A stretch of DNA of 64,000 nucleotides from an uncultured bacterium (GTDB lineage Bacteria > Actinomycetota > Acidimicrobiia > Spongiisociales > UBA5794), in NCBI GenBank assembly GCA_963801165.1, contig CAWDDT010000004.1:256001-320000 (forward strand). The letters run 5' to 3'. Below the pieces are notes generated by a model that was not told where the DNA came from, did no database searches, and was given only the letters and a program-made list of their open reading frames with translations. Position numbers and translations under genes: made by a program. Below are positions 1 to 9,527 of the stretch, in pieces (positions within the stretch are counted from its first letter, which is position 1; each line of letters begins with the position of its first letter).

Positions 1-62
1 AACTGACCTACGCCTACGAAGGCGGCCACAGCGTGTTCCGGGTGGAGTTGCCGGGCTCGTAG
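1..62 (+). CDS. 3' end of a gene entering the window, possibly a sensor histidine kinase
   Basis: Frame from nt 3 reads LTYAYEGGHSVFRVELPGS-stop (TAG 60-62), resembling the final strands of HATPase_c domains; only 19 codons visible. Confidence 0.4.
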   Translation, partial: LTYAYEGGHSVFRVELPGS

Positions 63-138
63 CGCCACGCCCGGCTCGGGACGTGCGCACGCAGCCGGGT
101 CTACCATCGGGGCAGCAAACCGAGCTGGAGGCTGCACT

Positions 139-1578
139 GTGTTTGATTTCGCCCGGGCCGCGGTCGAGGGTGCCCTGGCCGCCGGAGCTAATTACGCCGA
201 TGCCAGGGTCGTGCTTTCCAAGAACCAGTCGATCTCCGTTCACAACGCCGAACCGCAGTCGATCGACCAGGCGGAGCGGGCGGGCATTGGCGTCCGTGCC
301 CTCATCGGGTCGGGGTGGGGCTTCTATGCGACATCCGATCTGACGGCTGCTGCCGCTCGCACCGCGGGGGAGCGCAGCGCCGCAATCGCCAGGGCGTCTA
401 CGCAAGTGCCCGGTCCGGTGATGCCGCTTGCCGACGTTCCCGTGGTGGACGACTCGTACGAGACGCCCCACGAGATCGACCCGTTCACGGTCCCGGTGTC
501 CGACAAGGTCGACCTGCTCATCGGTGTCACCAAGACGATGCTCGAGGTCGAGGGAGTCGCCGTGACCACCGGGAACCTCGCCTTCTGGGATACCAACAAG
601 TGGTTTGTATCCTCCCAGGGTCATCGCATCCATCAGCATTTGATCGAATCGGGTGGGGGCTTCGACGCCACCGCCCTCGGTGACGGGGAGATCCAGCGGC
701 GTTCCTATCCGCAATCGTTCGGCCAGTTCGAAACCGGTGGGTACGAGACGGTTGAGAAGTGGGACTACCCGGGCAACGCGGGCAGGGTCGCCGAGGAGGC
801 CGCGGCCCTGCTGGGCGCACCGAGCCTCGAGGAGGGCGAGAAGCAGCTCATCCTGGAAGGGTCGCAGCTGGCGTTGCAGATCCACGAGTCGGTGGGCCAC
901 GCCATCGAGCTCGACCGCATCCTGGGATGGGAAGCAGCCTTTGCCGGGACTTCGCATCTCGAGCTCGACAAGCTCGGTTCGCATCGTTACGGGTCGCCGC
1001 TCATGAACATCACAGCCGACGCCACGTTGCCCGGGGCGCTCGGGTCCTTCGGCTACGACGACGAGGGCACGGCGGCGCAGTGCGTCGACATCGTCAAGGA
1101 TGGGATCTGGGTCGGGGTTCTGTCGGGCCGTGACTCGGCTTCGATCGTCGGTCTGCCCCCGGGCGGGATGGTGCGCGGCGACGGGTACAACCGGCTTCCG
1201 ATGGTGCGGATGACCAACGTCGGTCTACGACCCGGCGATGCGACGCTCGACGAGATCATCGCCGATACCAAGGACGGTGTCTACATGGCGACGAACCGCT
1301 CCTGGTCGATCGACGACCGGCGTCTCAATTTCCAGTTCGGGTGTGAGATCGCCTGGGAGGTCAAAGACGGCAAGTTGGGCCGGATGCTGAAGAATCCGAC
1401 CTACACCGGGATCACGCCGCAGTTCTGGGGGCAGCTCGACAAGCTGGCCGGCGGTGACGAGCGGGTGCACTGGGGGACCCCCAACTGCGGGAAGGGCCAA
1501 CCGGTGCAGGTTGCCCACACCGGCCACTCGGCGGCACCCGGGCGCTTCGCCAGGGTGAGGGTGGGGGTGCGGGCATGA
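139..1578 (+). CDS. tldD: TldD metalloprotease subunit
   Basis: 479 aa; HESVGH (HExxxH) motif, GSFGYDDEG, RMTN, C-terminal CGKGQP; GGAGG upstream of GTG start. Confidence 0.93.
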   Translation: MFDFARAAVEGALAAGANYADARVVLSKNQSISVHNAEPQSIDQAERAGIGVRALIGSGWGFYATSDLTAAAARTAGERSAAIARASTQVPGPVMPLADVPVVDDSYETPHEIDPFTVPVSDKVDLLIGVTKTMLEVEGVAVTTGNLAFWDTNKWFVSSQGHRIHQHLIESGGGFDATALGDGEIQRRSYPQSFGQFETGGYETVEKWDYPGNAGRVAEEAAALLGAPSLEEGEKQLILEGSQLALQIHESVGHAIELDRILGWEAAFAGTSHLELDKLGSHRYGSPLMNITADATLPGALGSFGYDDEGTAAQCVDIVKDGIWVGVLSGRDSASIVGLPPGGMVRGDGYNRLPMVRMTNVGLRPGDATLDEIIADTKDGVYMATNRSWSIDDRRLNFQFGCEIAWEVKDGKLGRMLKNPTYTGITPQFWGQLDKLAGGDERVHWGTPNCGKGQPVQVAHTGHSAAPGRFARVRVGVRA

Positions 1579-2900
1579 ATCGAACCGTAGAGCTTGCCGG
1601 TCACGTCCTCGAGAAGGTCAACGACCGCGCCGAGGCAGAGGTGGTGGTCACCGGTGGTGCTTCGGCGCTCACTCGCTTCGCCAACTCGTTCATTCACCAG
1701 AACGTCGCCGAGGAAGGCTATGCGGTATCGCTGCGTGTAGCCGTCGACGGGCGGGTGAACTCCGCGACGACGACCCGGCTCGACAACATCGACGAGTTCG
1801 TTGATACCACGATCGAGGTCGCCTCGCTGCAACGGGTTGACGAGAGTTGGCCGGGGCTCACCGCACCGGTCGACGTCACCGATCCCATGCATTACGACGA
1901 GGAGACGGCAGCAGCAGGCCCCGAAGTGCGAGCCGCCGCCGTGGCCGAGTTTGTCGCGGCAGGGCCAGACATGCGAGCCGCCGGTTACTACGAGACGGTC
2001 GGCCAGTCGGTGGCGTTCGTCAACACCGCCGGACATCGTGCCTATGGCCGCTACACCCGAGCCTCGCTGGATGGAATCCAGCAGCTCAATAGAGCCGCCG
2101 GTTCCGGTCATGCGACCTCGGACCGGATCGAGGCCATCGACGGTCGTGGTGTGGGGGCACTTGCCGCCGATCGTGCCAGACGCGGGTTGGACGCGTTTGA
2201 TGTGAAACCAGGGGAGTACGAGGTGGTGCTGGCGCCAGAGTGCGTCGGCACGATCGGGATCTTCCTGGCGTTCTACGGCTTCAACGGCAAGACGCACGCC
2301 GAGGGCCAATCGTTCGTGGAGTTGGGAAAGACGCAGCTCGACACTTCCGTCAACCTCTACGACGATGCCACTGATCCCCGTGCGCTCGGGGTCGGTTTCG
2401 ATGCAGAAGGCACACCGGGACAGCGACTCGATCTCGTCGTCGACGGCGTGTGTCGCGCTCTCGCCCACGATCGTAGGACCGCGGCCAGGGCGGGCACCCA
2501 CTCAACCGGGCACGGCGACCCCGGGTCGGACCAATGGGGGCCGATCCCGACTCACATGTTCCTCGAGGAGGGGGAGACGTCGGTCGAGGACATGATTGCA
2601 TCGGTAGAGCGCGGTCTGTACGTGTCCACCTTCAACTACTGCCGTGTTCTCGACCCGAAGGCGCTGACCGTGACCGGGTTGACCAGGAACGGCACGTTCA
2701 TGATCGAGAACGGGAAGATCACCGGCGCCGTCACCAATCTGCGCTTCACGCAATCGTTTGTCGATGCGCTGTCGCAGGGACGGATCCATGCCATCGGCAA
2801 CGATGCCCGCTTCGCCGACTCCGAGTTCGGCCCCGGCATGCTGTATGTGCCCAGCCTCCACCTGGAGAGCTGGAACTTCACCGGCGGCGCCTCCGGATAG
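1575..2900 (+). CDS. tldE: TldE/PmbA family subunit
   Basis: 441 aa; ATGA overlap with tldD; LTRFANSFIHQN, FDAEG, TGLTRNGTF, NLRF motifs; no HExxxH. Confidence 0.88.
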   Translation: MNRTVELAGHVLEKVNDRAEAEVVVTGGASALTRFANSFIHQNVAEEGYAVSLRVAVDGRVNSATTTRLDNIDEFVDTTIEVASLQRVDESWPGLTAPVDVTDPMHYDEETAAAGPEVRAAAVAEFVAAGPDMRAAGYYETVGQSVAFVNTAGHRAYGRYTRASLDGIQQLNRAAGSGHATSDRIEAIDGRGVGALAADRARRGLDAFDVKPGEYEVVLAPECVGTIGIFLAFYGFNGKTHAEGQSFVELGKTQLDTSVNLYDDATDPRALGVGFDAEGTPGQRLDLVVDGVCRALAHDRRTAARAGTHSTGHGDPGSDQWGPIPTHMFLEEGETSVEDMIASVERGLYVSTFNYCRVLDPKALTVTGLTRNGTFMIENGKITGAVTNLRFTQSFVDALSQGRIHAIGNDARFADSEFGPGMLYVPSLHLESWNFTGGASG

Positions 2901-2905
2901 TGGGC

Positions 2906-3130
2906 ATGTGGAACAAGGACAAGCTCGTCCCGATCGCCGAGTTCGCCAGCCGCGACGCGGCCGAGGAGGCCTGGGGTGTGCTCGAGGAAGCCGGCATTCC
3001 GGCCAACGTACTCACCGAGCCCGGTGCGTTCGGTAGCAAGGTGCGGCACCGAATCGAGGTCGAGCGGCCAAACGTCGCCCTTGCACAGCTGCTGCTAGCC
3101 CATCTGGTCAGACGGGAGCGCGGCGATTAG
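2906..3130 (+). CDS. Small DUF2007-like putative signal-transducing protein (74 aa)
   Basis: ATG 5 nt after tldE stop; AEEAWGVLEEAGIPA pattern typical of DUF2007. Confidence 0.6.
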   Translation: MWNKDKLVPIAEFASRDAAEEAWGVLEEAGIPANVLTEPGAFGSKVRHRIEVERPNVALAQLLLAHLVRRERGD

Positions 3131-3153
3131 CCGGGAAACCGCGGGTGTACCAG

Positions 3154-3221
3154 CGAACCTGAGCCGACCGAACCTGAGCCGACCGAACCTGAGCCGACCG
3201 AACCTGAGCCGACGGCTCAGG
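3154..3221. repeat. 4 x 15-bp perfect tandem repeat CGAACCTGAGCCGAC, ending in a hairpin over the trxA stop
   Basis: Units at 3154, 3169, 3184, 3199; GGCTCAGG (3214-3221) is the reverse complement of CCTGAGCC in each unit. Confidence 0.95.
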
Positions 3222-3666
3222 CGTGATCATGCTCGCGATCGTGGTCATGCTCATGATCGTGCTCATGCTCATGTTCATGGTCATGGTCGTGCTCATGGTC
3301 ATGGTCGTGCTCGTGGTCTTCGATCTCTTTGCGGACGGCGTCCATGTCGAGCGCCTTCGTCTGGTTGATCAGGTCTTCGAGCGCGTTCCCGGGAAGAGCG
3401 CCGGGTTGCGAGAAGATGCCGATTTGATCACGGAAGATCATCAGGGTTGGGATCGAGCGAATCTGGAAGTAGCCGGCAAGCTCCTGCTCGGCCTCGGTGT
3501 CGACCTTGGCGAAGACGACCCCGTCATGGTTCTCGGAGATCTTCTCGTACGTTGGGGCGAACATCTTGCACGGTCCGCACCATTCGGCCCAGAAATCGAC
3601 GAGCACGATGTCGTTGTTGAGGATGGTCTCTTCGAATGTGTCTTTTGTCAGATTGACGGTTGCCAT
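3217..3666 (-). CDS. trxA: Thioredoxin with His/Asp/Glu-rich C-terminal tail
   Basis: DFWAEWCGPC active site, SIPTL cis-Pro loop; tail of H(D/E) dipeptides with 15 His. Confidence 0.95.
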   Translation of the reverse strand: MATVNLTKDTFEETILNNDIVLVDFWAEWCGPCKMFAPTYEKISENHDGVVFAKVDTEAEQELAGYFQIRSIPTLMIFRDQIGIFSQPGALPGNALEDLINQTKALDMDAVRKEIEDHEHDHDHEHDHDHEHEHEHDHEHDHDREHDHA

Positions 3667-3703
3667 TGGTCCACTCCGGTTGATTGTCTACGGATCCAGC
3701 AAA

Positions 3704-3729
3704 AACGCATACAGCTACTCGAATATTCC
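3704..3729 (-). promoter_or_regulatory. SigR/SigH-type thiol-stress promoter for trxA
   Basis: Minus strand GGAAT-N18-GTT (GGAAT ATTCGAGTAGCTGTATGC GTT), the Streptomyces SigR / mycobacterial SigH consensus, upstream of a thioredoxin. Confidence 0.75.
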
Positions 3730-3803
3730 CCCGGTTGGCGCGATTTCTCGCCGAGCGGCTCGATAGGTCGGGTGTAACCAACGCCCTCCTAGACTCCTGC
3801 GCT

Positions 3804-4451
3804 GTGCCTGGATCCGAGTTACTCGTTCAACTTAGCGGCGTTTCCGCACGCATCGGAATGGCGACGATTCTGCGCAACGTCGACTTATCCGTCGCCGCCG
3901 GTGAGTCCGTCGGGCTGTTCGGGGCCAATGGCGCGGGCAAGACCACCCTGCTGCGGGTGATCGGCACCCTGCTGCGACCCAGCTCGGGCCGGGCTCTTGT
4001 CCTAGGTGCCGACCTCGACGGTTGGGAGCGATTCGACATCCGTCCCCGGCTCGGTCTGATCGGGCACACTCCCGCCTTGTACCCGGAGCTGAGCTTGCTG
4101 GCCAACCTGGAGTTCTCCGCCAGGATCACCGGAGCCCCCATGGAGGAGGCGGGGCGGGCCCTCGAGGCGGTTGGGCTGGGTGCGGCCGCACAGCGTCTCG
4201 CCGGCGAGGCGTCGTTTGGGATGCAGCGCCGGGTCGAGTTCGCCAGGGAGATCATGCTCTCCCCCGATCTGTTGCTGCTCGACGAGCCGCATTCCGCGCT
4301 CGATCCGAGTGCCGTCGAGCTGGTAGAGCACATTGTTGCCGGTGTCCTGGAACGCTCCGGAGCGGTCGTCCTCGCGTCGCACGATGTCGGCCGGGTCGCC
4401 TCGATGGTGACCAGAACCGCAGAGCTGACGGGGGGATCGCTCGATGCCTGA
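3804..4451 (+). CDS. ccmA: Heme exporter ATP-binding subunit CcmA
   Basis: Walker A GANGAGKT, SFGMQRR signature, LLLLDEP; first gene of ccm cluster; start uncertain (GTG 3804 chosen). Confidence 0.88.
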   Translation: MPGSELLVQLSGVSARIGMATILRNVDLSVAAGESVGLFGANGAGKTTLLRVIGTLLRPSSGRALVLGADLDGWERFDIRPRLGLIGHTPALYPELSLLANLEFSARITGAPMEEAGRALEAVGLGAAAQRLAGEASFGMQRRVEFAREIMLSPDLLLLDEPHSALDPSAVELVEHIVAGVLERSGAVVLASHDVGRVASMVTRTAELTGGSLDA

Positions 4452-5112
4452 CCGATTCTGGCACCAGACCGCCGCCATTGCCCGGCGTGACCTCGATCGG
4501 GAGCGCCGCTCCGGTGAGGTGGCCTGGATCACGATCCCGTTCGGGGCGATAGCGCTTCTGCTGGTGCCACTTGCGGTCGGGATCAATCAAGACGTGCTCA
4601 GCCGGATCGGGACCGGCATGCTCTTCGTCGTCGTCATGCTGTTCGGGGTGCTGACCGCGGTGCGGCGCACCAACATGGAGACACCGGCGCAGCGGGATGC
4701 GATTGCCCTGCTCGGTGTCGACCCTGTCGCAGAGTTCGCCGGCAAGGCGATGGCTTCGGCGGTCCTGCTGCTTGTTTTCGAGGTGCTCATGGGTGTCGTC
4801 GCTCTGACCCTGTACGGGCTCGACATCTCCGAGTGGGGGTGGATGACGCTCGTCCTGCCGCTCACCGCCATCGGCCTCGCCGAGCTGGGTACGATCTCCG
4901 GAGCCATCGCCACCAGTATCAACGCCGGTCCGGCGCTCGTCCCACTGCTGGTCACGCCGCTGGCGATACCGCTGTTGCTCGGTGCGACTCAGACCGTCGA
5001 ACTAGGCCGTGACGGGGGTAATCTGTCGTGGTTGCTGTTGATGGCCGCCGTAGTGCTGTCCCTGGCGATCGTCGGAGTGCTGACGGCGCGACCCTTACAG
5101 GAGACTCGATGA
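4444..5112 (+). CDS. ccmB: Heme exporter permease CcmB
   Basis: 222 aa, about 6 hydrophobic segments, LVPLLVTPLAIPLLL motif; between ccmA and ccmC. Confidence 0.85.
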   Translation: MPDRFWHQTAAIARRDLDRERRSGEVAWITIPFGAIALLLVPLAVGINQDVLSRIGTGMLFVVVMLFGVLTAVRRTNMETPAQRDAIALLGVDPVAEFAGKAMASAVLLLVFEVLMGVVALTLYGLDISEWGWMTLVLPLTAIGLAELGTISGAIATSINAGPALVPLLVTPLAIPLLLGATQTVELGRDGGNLSWLLLMAAVVLSLAIVGVLTARPLQETR

Positions 5113-5834
5113 CATCCCGCATACGATCCCACTGGCTCGACGTTGCCGCCGCCGTCGCCGTCATCGTCGGGTTCGTTTTCGCGGTCGCCAGTCCCCGTAT
5201 CGCCACCCAGGGCGATGCCGCCCGCATGCTGTTTGTGCACGTACCGTCCATCTGGTTGGCCTATCTCTCCTTCACCGTCACCTTCATCGCCAGCGTCGCC
5301 TACCTGTTTACGAGGAAATTGCACTGGGACCTCATCGCCGGATCCTCGGGTGAGATCGGGGTGGCGTTCACTTCGGTTGCCGTCATCGGCGGGATGATCT
5401 GGGGCAAGGCCACCTGGAACGTGTATTGGACCTGGGATGCGCGGCTCACCCTCACCGCCATCATGCTGTTCGTGTACATCGGGTATCTGGCCTTGCGCCG
5501 GGCCATCCCCGACCCGGAAGCGCGGGCTCGCCGCTCGGCGGTGCTGGGGATCGTCGGGCTGGTACAGCTGATCCCGGTGCATTTCTCCGTCACGTGGTGG
5601 CGGACGCTGCACCAGACGAACACCTTCCGTCCCCGCGACATCCAGATGGACGGTCCGATCCTGGCGGCATTGCTCGTCTCGGTGGGTGCGTTCACCGTCG
5701 TGTACGTCGCCTTGCTGCGGCACCGGTACGAGCTGGCCCGTCTCGAGGTGGAGGCGCTCGAGGTTGCGGTCGCCGTCTCCGGGCCCGTTGCCGGCGATGC
5801 GGTCACGGCGCCGACAATCGGGTCGGGTGGCTGA
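5109..5834 (+). CDS. ccmC: Heme chaperone-loading protein CcmC
   Basis: FVHVP His, WWD motif WGKATWNVYWTWDARLT, WWRTLH; ATGA overlap with ccmB. Confidence 0.92.
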   Translation: MTSRIRSHWLDVAAAVAVIVGFVFAVASPRIATQGDAARMLFVHVPSIWLAYLSFTVTFIASVAYLFTRKLHWDLIAGSSGEIGVAFTSVAVIGGMIWGKATWNVYWTWDARLTLTAIMLFVYIGYLALRRAIPDPEARARRSAVLGIVGLVQLIPVHFSVTWWRTLHQTNTFRPRDIQMDGPILAALLVSVGAFTVVYVALLRHRYELARLEVEALEVAVAVSGPVAGDAVTAPTIGSGG

Positions 5835-5947
5835 TGCGGTACGTAGTCATCGGATATCTGCTCACCTACGGAACACTCATCGGCTACACGCTGTGGCTGG
5901 CGCGGCGATTGCAGGCGGCCCACAAGAGGCTGGGCGACCGGACGTGA
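5834..5947 (+). CDS. ccmD: CcmD-like small membrane protein (37 aa)
   Basis: MRYVVIGYLLTYGTLIGYTLWLARRLQAAHKRLGDRT: one TM then basic tail; TGATG coupling between ccmC and ccmE. Confidence 0.7.
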   Translation: MRYVVIGYLLTYGTLIGYTLWLARRLQAAHKRLGDRT

Positions 5948-6363
5948 TACGCCGCTACTGGAAGTTCCTCGTCCCCGCTGTTCTCATCCTGGGAGTCATC
6001 GTCGTCCTGCTGATCAACCTGTCCAGCAATCTCGTCTACTTCCGCACCCCGACCGAGCTCCACCAGGACGTGACCGCATCCAACCAGCGGCTCCGTCTCG
6101 GGGGCCAGGTCGTCGCCGGCACCGTGACCCGCGACGGGGCCACTTTGTTTCTCACCGTCACCGACGGTCGCGAGTCGCTCGACGTCGTGCACACTGGCGT
6201 TGTTCCCCAGCTCTTCGACGAGGGGCAAGGCGTCATCGTCGAGGGAACCTGGGACGGTTCGATCTTCCACTCGGACATGATGCTGATCCGACATGACGAG
6301 CAGTACCGCACCGAGGACAACCAGATCTACGACGACGTCAAACACGAGCTAGCACAGCCGTGA
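5944..6363 (+). CDS. ccmE: Heme chaperone CcmE
   Basis: N-terminal TM, YFRTP, LRLGGQV, PQLFDEGQGVIVEG and heme-binding HDEQY (HxxxY). Confidence 0.92.
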   Translation: MIRRYWKFLVPAVLILGVIVVLLINLSSNLVYFRTPTELHQDVTASNQRLRLGGQVVAGTVTRDGATLFLTVTDGRESLDVVHTGVVPQLFDEGQGVIVEGTWDGSIFHSDMMLIRHDEQYRTEDNQIYDDVKHELAQP

Positions 6364-8366
6364 TCGCAGCTATCGGTCTGCTCGCAATTCTGCTGTCGGC
6401 AGCCGCTTCGGTGCTTCTCATCGGACGTGCCTGGAGACAGGCGACGGCGCCGCAACCGGACCCGGGCCGGATCCGCGGTCCGGTGCAGCTGTTGCTGGGC
6501 GGCGCCGTGATCGCTTTTCTAGCGCTGGAGACTGCGATCCTGTCGGACAACTTCAGCCTCGGCTATGTCTCCTCCAACTCGAGCACAACGACACCGCTCA
6601 TTTTCAAACTGGCGGGCGCCTGGGCGGCGCTCGAGGGCAGCATCGTGTTGTGGGGTCTGGTGCTGGCGGTCGTCGTGTACCTCGTCGCTCGCTCGGTCCG
6701 AGGCGCCGACCGGCTCGGTCTGACCGCACTCTCGGTGCTGGGCGTGATATCGCTGTTCTGGTTCGCGCTGATGGCGACGGCGGCCAACCCGTTCGAAGTC
6801 TGCACCAAGCTCGTCGGCGGTGTCTGCGGCGACACCAGTTGGCTGCCGTTCGTGCATACCGTCGCCCCCGTCGACGGTGTCGGCGCCAACCCACTGCTGC
6901 AGAACTCCATCCTCATGGCGATTCACCCGCCCATGCTCTATGTCGGCTACGTGACGTTCACCGCCCCGTTCGCTTTTGCCATCGCAGCACTGATTAGGGG
7001 GGAGCAGGGCAGCGTCTGGCTGGAACGCACCAGACGGTGGTCCGTAGTTGCCTGGGCGTTTCTCGGTTTCGGGATGTTGCTCGGCGCCTGGTGGTCCTAC
7101 GAGGTGCTGGGATGGGGCGGCTATTGGGGCTGGGACCCGGTGGAAAACGCGGCCCTGCTGCCGTTCCTGGCCGCCACCGCGTTCATCCACTCGGCGGTGG
7201 TGCAACGGAAACGGGGGATGCTGCAGTCGTGGAACCTGATCCTGGTCATCACCACCTTCTCGCTGACGATCCTCGGCACGTTTCTGACCCGGTCGGGGAC
7301 GATCATCTCGGTGCACTCGTTCACCCAGTCCGAGGTGGGGCCGATCCTGCTCGGTTTTCTCCTCGTGACCGTGCTGGCCTCGCTTGCTCTGTTTGCCATG
7401 CGGTCGCATCTGCTGGGCTCGGCGCCGCGGCTCGACTCGATTGCGAGCCGGGAAGGCGTGTTTCTGCTCAACAACCTGATCCTGACTGTCTTCGCCCTGG
7501 CGGTGCTGATGGGCACGATATACCCGATCGTGCTGGAGGCGCTCGGCAGGGCGCGGGTGTCGGTGAGCGCCCCCTACTACAACCGCATCCTGCTCCCCAC
7601 CGCTTTCCTGTTGCTGATGGCGATGGGTGTTGGTCCGGTGACCCCGTACCGGCTGGCTCGCGCCGGCGTCGTGTGGCGGCGGATCGCGACCCCGATCGTG
7701 GTCGGTCTCGTAGCCGGGGCGGTGGCTGTGACGGTCGGGGTGCGCTCGATCCCCGTCGTGGTGGTGGTCGTGCTCGGCATCTTCGTGATCGCCACCATCG
7801 TCGGCGAGTTCCGACGCCAGCTTTCCAAGGTCGAAGGGCGCAGGCTCGACCGCGTGCTCCGATTGTTGCGGCGCGACTCGGGGTATTGGGGCGGCCAGAT
7901 CACCCACACCGGCATTGCGCTCATCGCCATCGCCATCGCGGCGTCGAGCGGCATGGCCGCCAGGGGCCAGGTGCAGCTCGTTACCGGGGAAAGCGCCGTT
8001 GTAGACGGCTACTGCCTTGTCTACGAAACATCAACGACGCGCACTGAGCCGAATCGGCAGGTCATCGGGGCGGTGCTTTCGTTGCGTGACGAGTCTTGTG
8101 GGAATGAGATCGCCATCCTCCAGCCCGTGTTCAACAGCTATGTACGTGGTGCGGTGGGAACGCCTGCCGTTCATACGGGTTTGTTCGAGGACGTGTTCGT
8201 CGCTCTCGGTGGCGTTCCCGGCGACCAGGTCGCTCTCAACGTCATGGTCTTCCCGCTGATGTGGCTGCTGTGGACCGGCGGGTTGATTGCCGTTGCCGGT
8301 GGTATGTGGGCGATCTACGCCAGGAAGCCGCAGCGGCGCAGGGTGGAGGCCACCGTCGATGTCTGA
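6360..8366 (+). CDS. ccmF: Heme lyase CcmF
   Basis: 668 aa; NPLLQ, IHPPMLYVGY, WGGYWGWDPVEN, TRSG, SVHSF. Confidence 0.95.
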   Translation: MIAAIGLLAILLSAAASVLLIGRAWRQATAPQPDPGRIRGPVQLLLGGAVIAFLALETAILSDNFSLGYVSSNSSTTTPLIFKLAGAWAALEGSIVLWGLVLAVVVYLVARSVRGADRLGLTALSVLGVISLFWFALMATAANPFEVCTKLVGGVCGDTSWLPFVHTVAPVDGVGANPLLQNSILMAIHPPMLYVGYVTFTAPFAFAIAALIRGEQGSVWLERTRRWSVVAWAFLGFGMLLGAWWSYEVLGWGGYWGWDPVENAALLPFLAATAFIHSAVVQRKRGMLQSWNLILVITTFSLTILGTFLTRSGTIISVHSFTQSEVGPILLGFLLVTVLASLALFAMRSHLLGSAPRLDSIASREGVFLLNNLILTVFALAVLMGTIYPIVLEALGRARVSVSAPYYNRILLPTAFLLLMAMGVGPVTPYRLARAGVVWRRIATPIVVGLVAGAVAVTVGVRSIPVVVVVVLGIFVIATIVGEFRRQLSKVEGRRLDRVLRLLRRDSGYWGGQITHTGIALIAIAIAASSGMAARGQVQLVTGESAVVDGYCLVYETSTTRTEPNRQVIGAVLSLRDESCGNEIAILQPVFNSYVRGAVGTPAVHTGLFEDVFVALGGVPGDQVALNVMVFPLMWLLWTGGLIAVAGGMWAIYARKPQRRRVEATVDV

Positions 8367-8754
8367 CCGCACCCGCCGTATTGTCGGCTGGGGGCTGGCA
8401 ATAGGCGCCATCGCCGTCATGGTGGTCGGGTTGCTGCCGAAGCCGGCCGCCGCAGACCCGGAGCAGCGCGCTCAGAGCCTCGAGCAGCGGCTCGCTTGCC
8501 CGCTCTGTCACGGTCAGTCGCTGGCCGAGTCCGGCTCGGATGCCGCCGCCGATCTGAAGGTGATCATCAGGGAGAAGATCGACGCGGGGCTCACCGACGA
8601 TCAGATCCTCGACTACTTTGCCGTGCGCTACGGGGACCACATAGTTCTCGAGCCGCCGCTGCTCGGGTGGGGTTTGGCCCTGTGGGCTGCGCCGCTGGTC
8701 GCGTTCGGCGTCGGTGGATGGATCGTCTGGACCAGGCGCGGGGTCGTCTCATGA
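8359..8754 (+). CDS. ccmH: CcmH/CcmL thiol-disulfide protein
   Basis: LACPLCHGQSLAES (CxxC), YFAVRYGDHIV, flanking TMs. Confidence 0.9.
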   Translation: MSDRTRRIVGWGLAIGAIAVMVVGLLPKPAAADPEQRAQSLEQRLACPLCHGQSLAESGSDAAADLKVIIREKIDAGLTDDQILDYFAVRYGDHIVLEPPLLGWGLALWAAPLVAFGVGGWIVWTRRGVVS

Positions 8755-9527
8755 CCCTGGAACAAGCACGGATTGCAGAGCGCATCGCCCACGTGGAGCG
8801 CGACATGATCGAGTTGGCCGAGCAGGTTGACAACGGCGAGATCGATGCCGCGGCCGCCGCCGGGCTGCAGCAGCGCTACGAGAAGGAGCGCGACCTGCTC
8901 CTGACGCAGTCGGCCGATGATGAGGCTGAGACCGAGCCCGCCACGGCCGCCCCTTTCCTCAGCGGTTCCCGGCTGCTCGGCATTGGGGCGGTACTCGTGG
9001 CCGTGATCGGGATCGCGGTGTGGCTGCTGACGACCACCCACACCAATACGTCCGGGGTCGAGGGTGTTGCCGCCGATGTCGTCAACGGTCAGGCGATGAA
9101 CCTCGGCGACGTCACGGACGAGCAGATGGAAGAGGTCATCGCCCAGAATCCCGATATTGCCCCGATGCGGCTGGCACTGGCCGAGCGCTACTTCACCGAA
9201 GGCGATTTTCCCAAGGCGCTGGAGCACTACATGTATGTCCTCGACACGCTCGGGGTGAAAGACGCCACCGCGCTGGCCAACGTGGGGTGGATGACCTACC
9301 TCTCGGGCGTTTCCGACGTCGCCCAATCGTTTGTCGAGCAGAGTCTGGCAGTCCAGCCGGACGGTGGCATCGCCTTCTGGTACCTGGCCAATATCCGCTT
9401 TTACGGTCTCAACGATCCGGCGGGTGCCGTAGAGCCGCTCGAGAAGCTGCTCCAATATGACGACCTCCCCGATGAGATCAGAACCGAGGCCGAGAGCATG
9501 CTCACGAGTGCGGAGGCGGCGCCGTGA
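8751..9527 (+). CDS. CcmI-like TPR membrane protein
   Basis: ELAEQVDNGEID N-terminal helix, one TM, C-terminal TPR-like helices; ATGA overlap with ccmH. Confidence 0.7.
   Translation: MTLEQARIAERIAHVERDMIELAEQVDNGEIDAAAAAGLQQRYEKERDLLLTQSADDEAETEPATAAPFLSGSRLLGIGAVLVAVIGIAVWLLTTTHTNTSGVEGVAADVVNGQAMNLGDVTDEQMEEVIAQNPDIAPMRLALAERYFTEGDFPKALEHYMYVLDTLGVKDATALANVGWMTYLSGVSDVAQSFVEQSLAVQPDGGIAFWYLANIRFYGLNDPAGAVEPLEKLLQYDDLPDEIRTEAESMLTSAEAAP

Noticed and set aside
3108-3302. ORF with SAQVR repeats, resembling SAQVR in the 35497 protein
   Set aside because: Off-frame reading of the trxA tail and 15-bp repeat; nucleotide units differ, so the peptide match is probably coincidence
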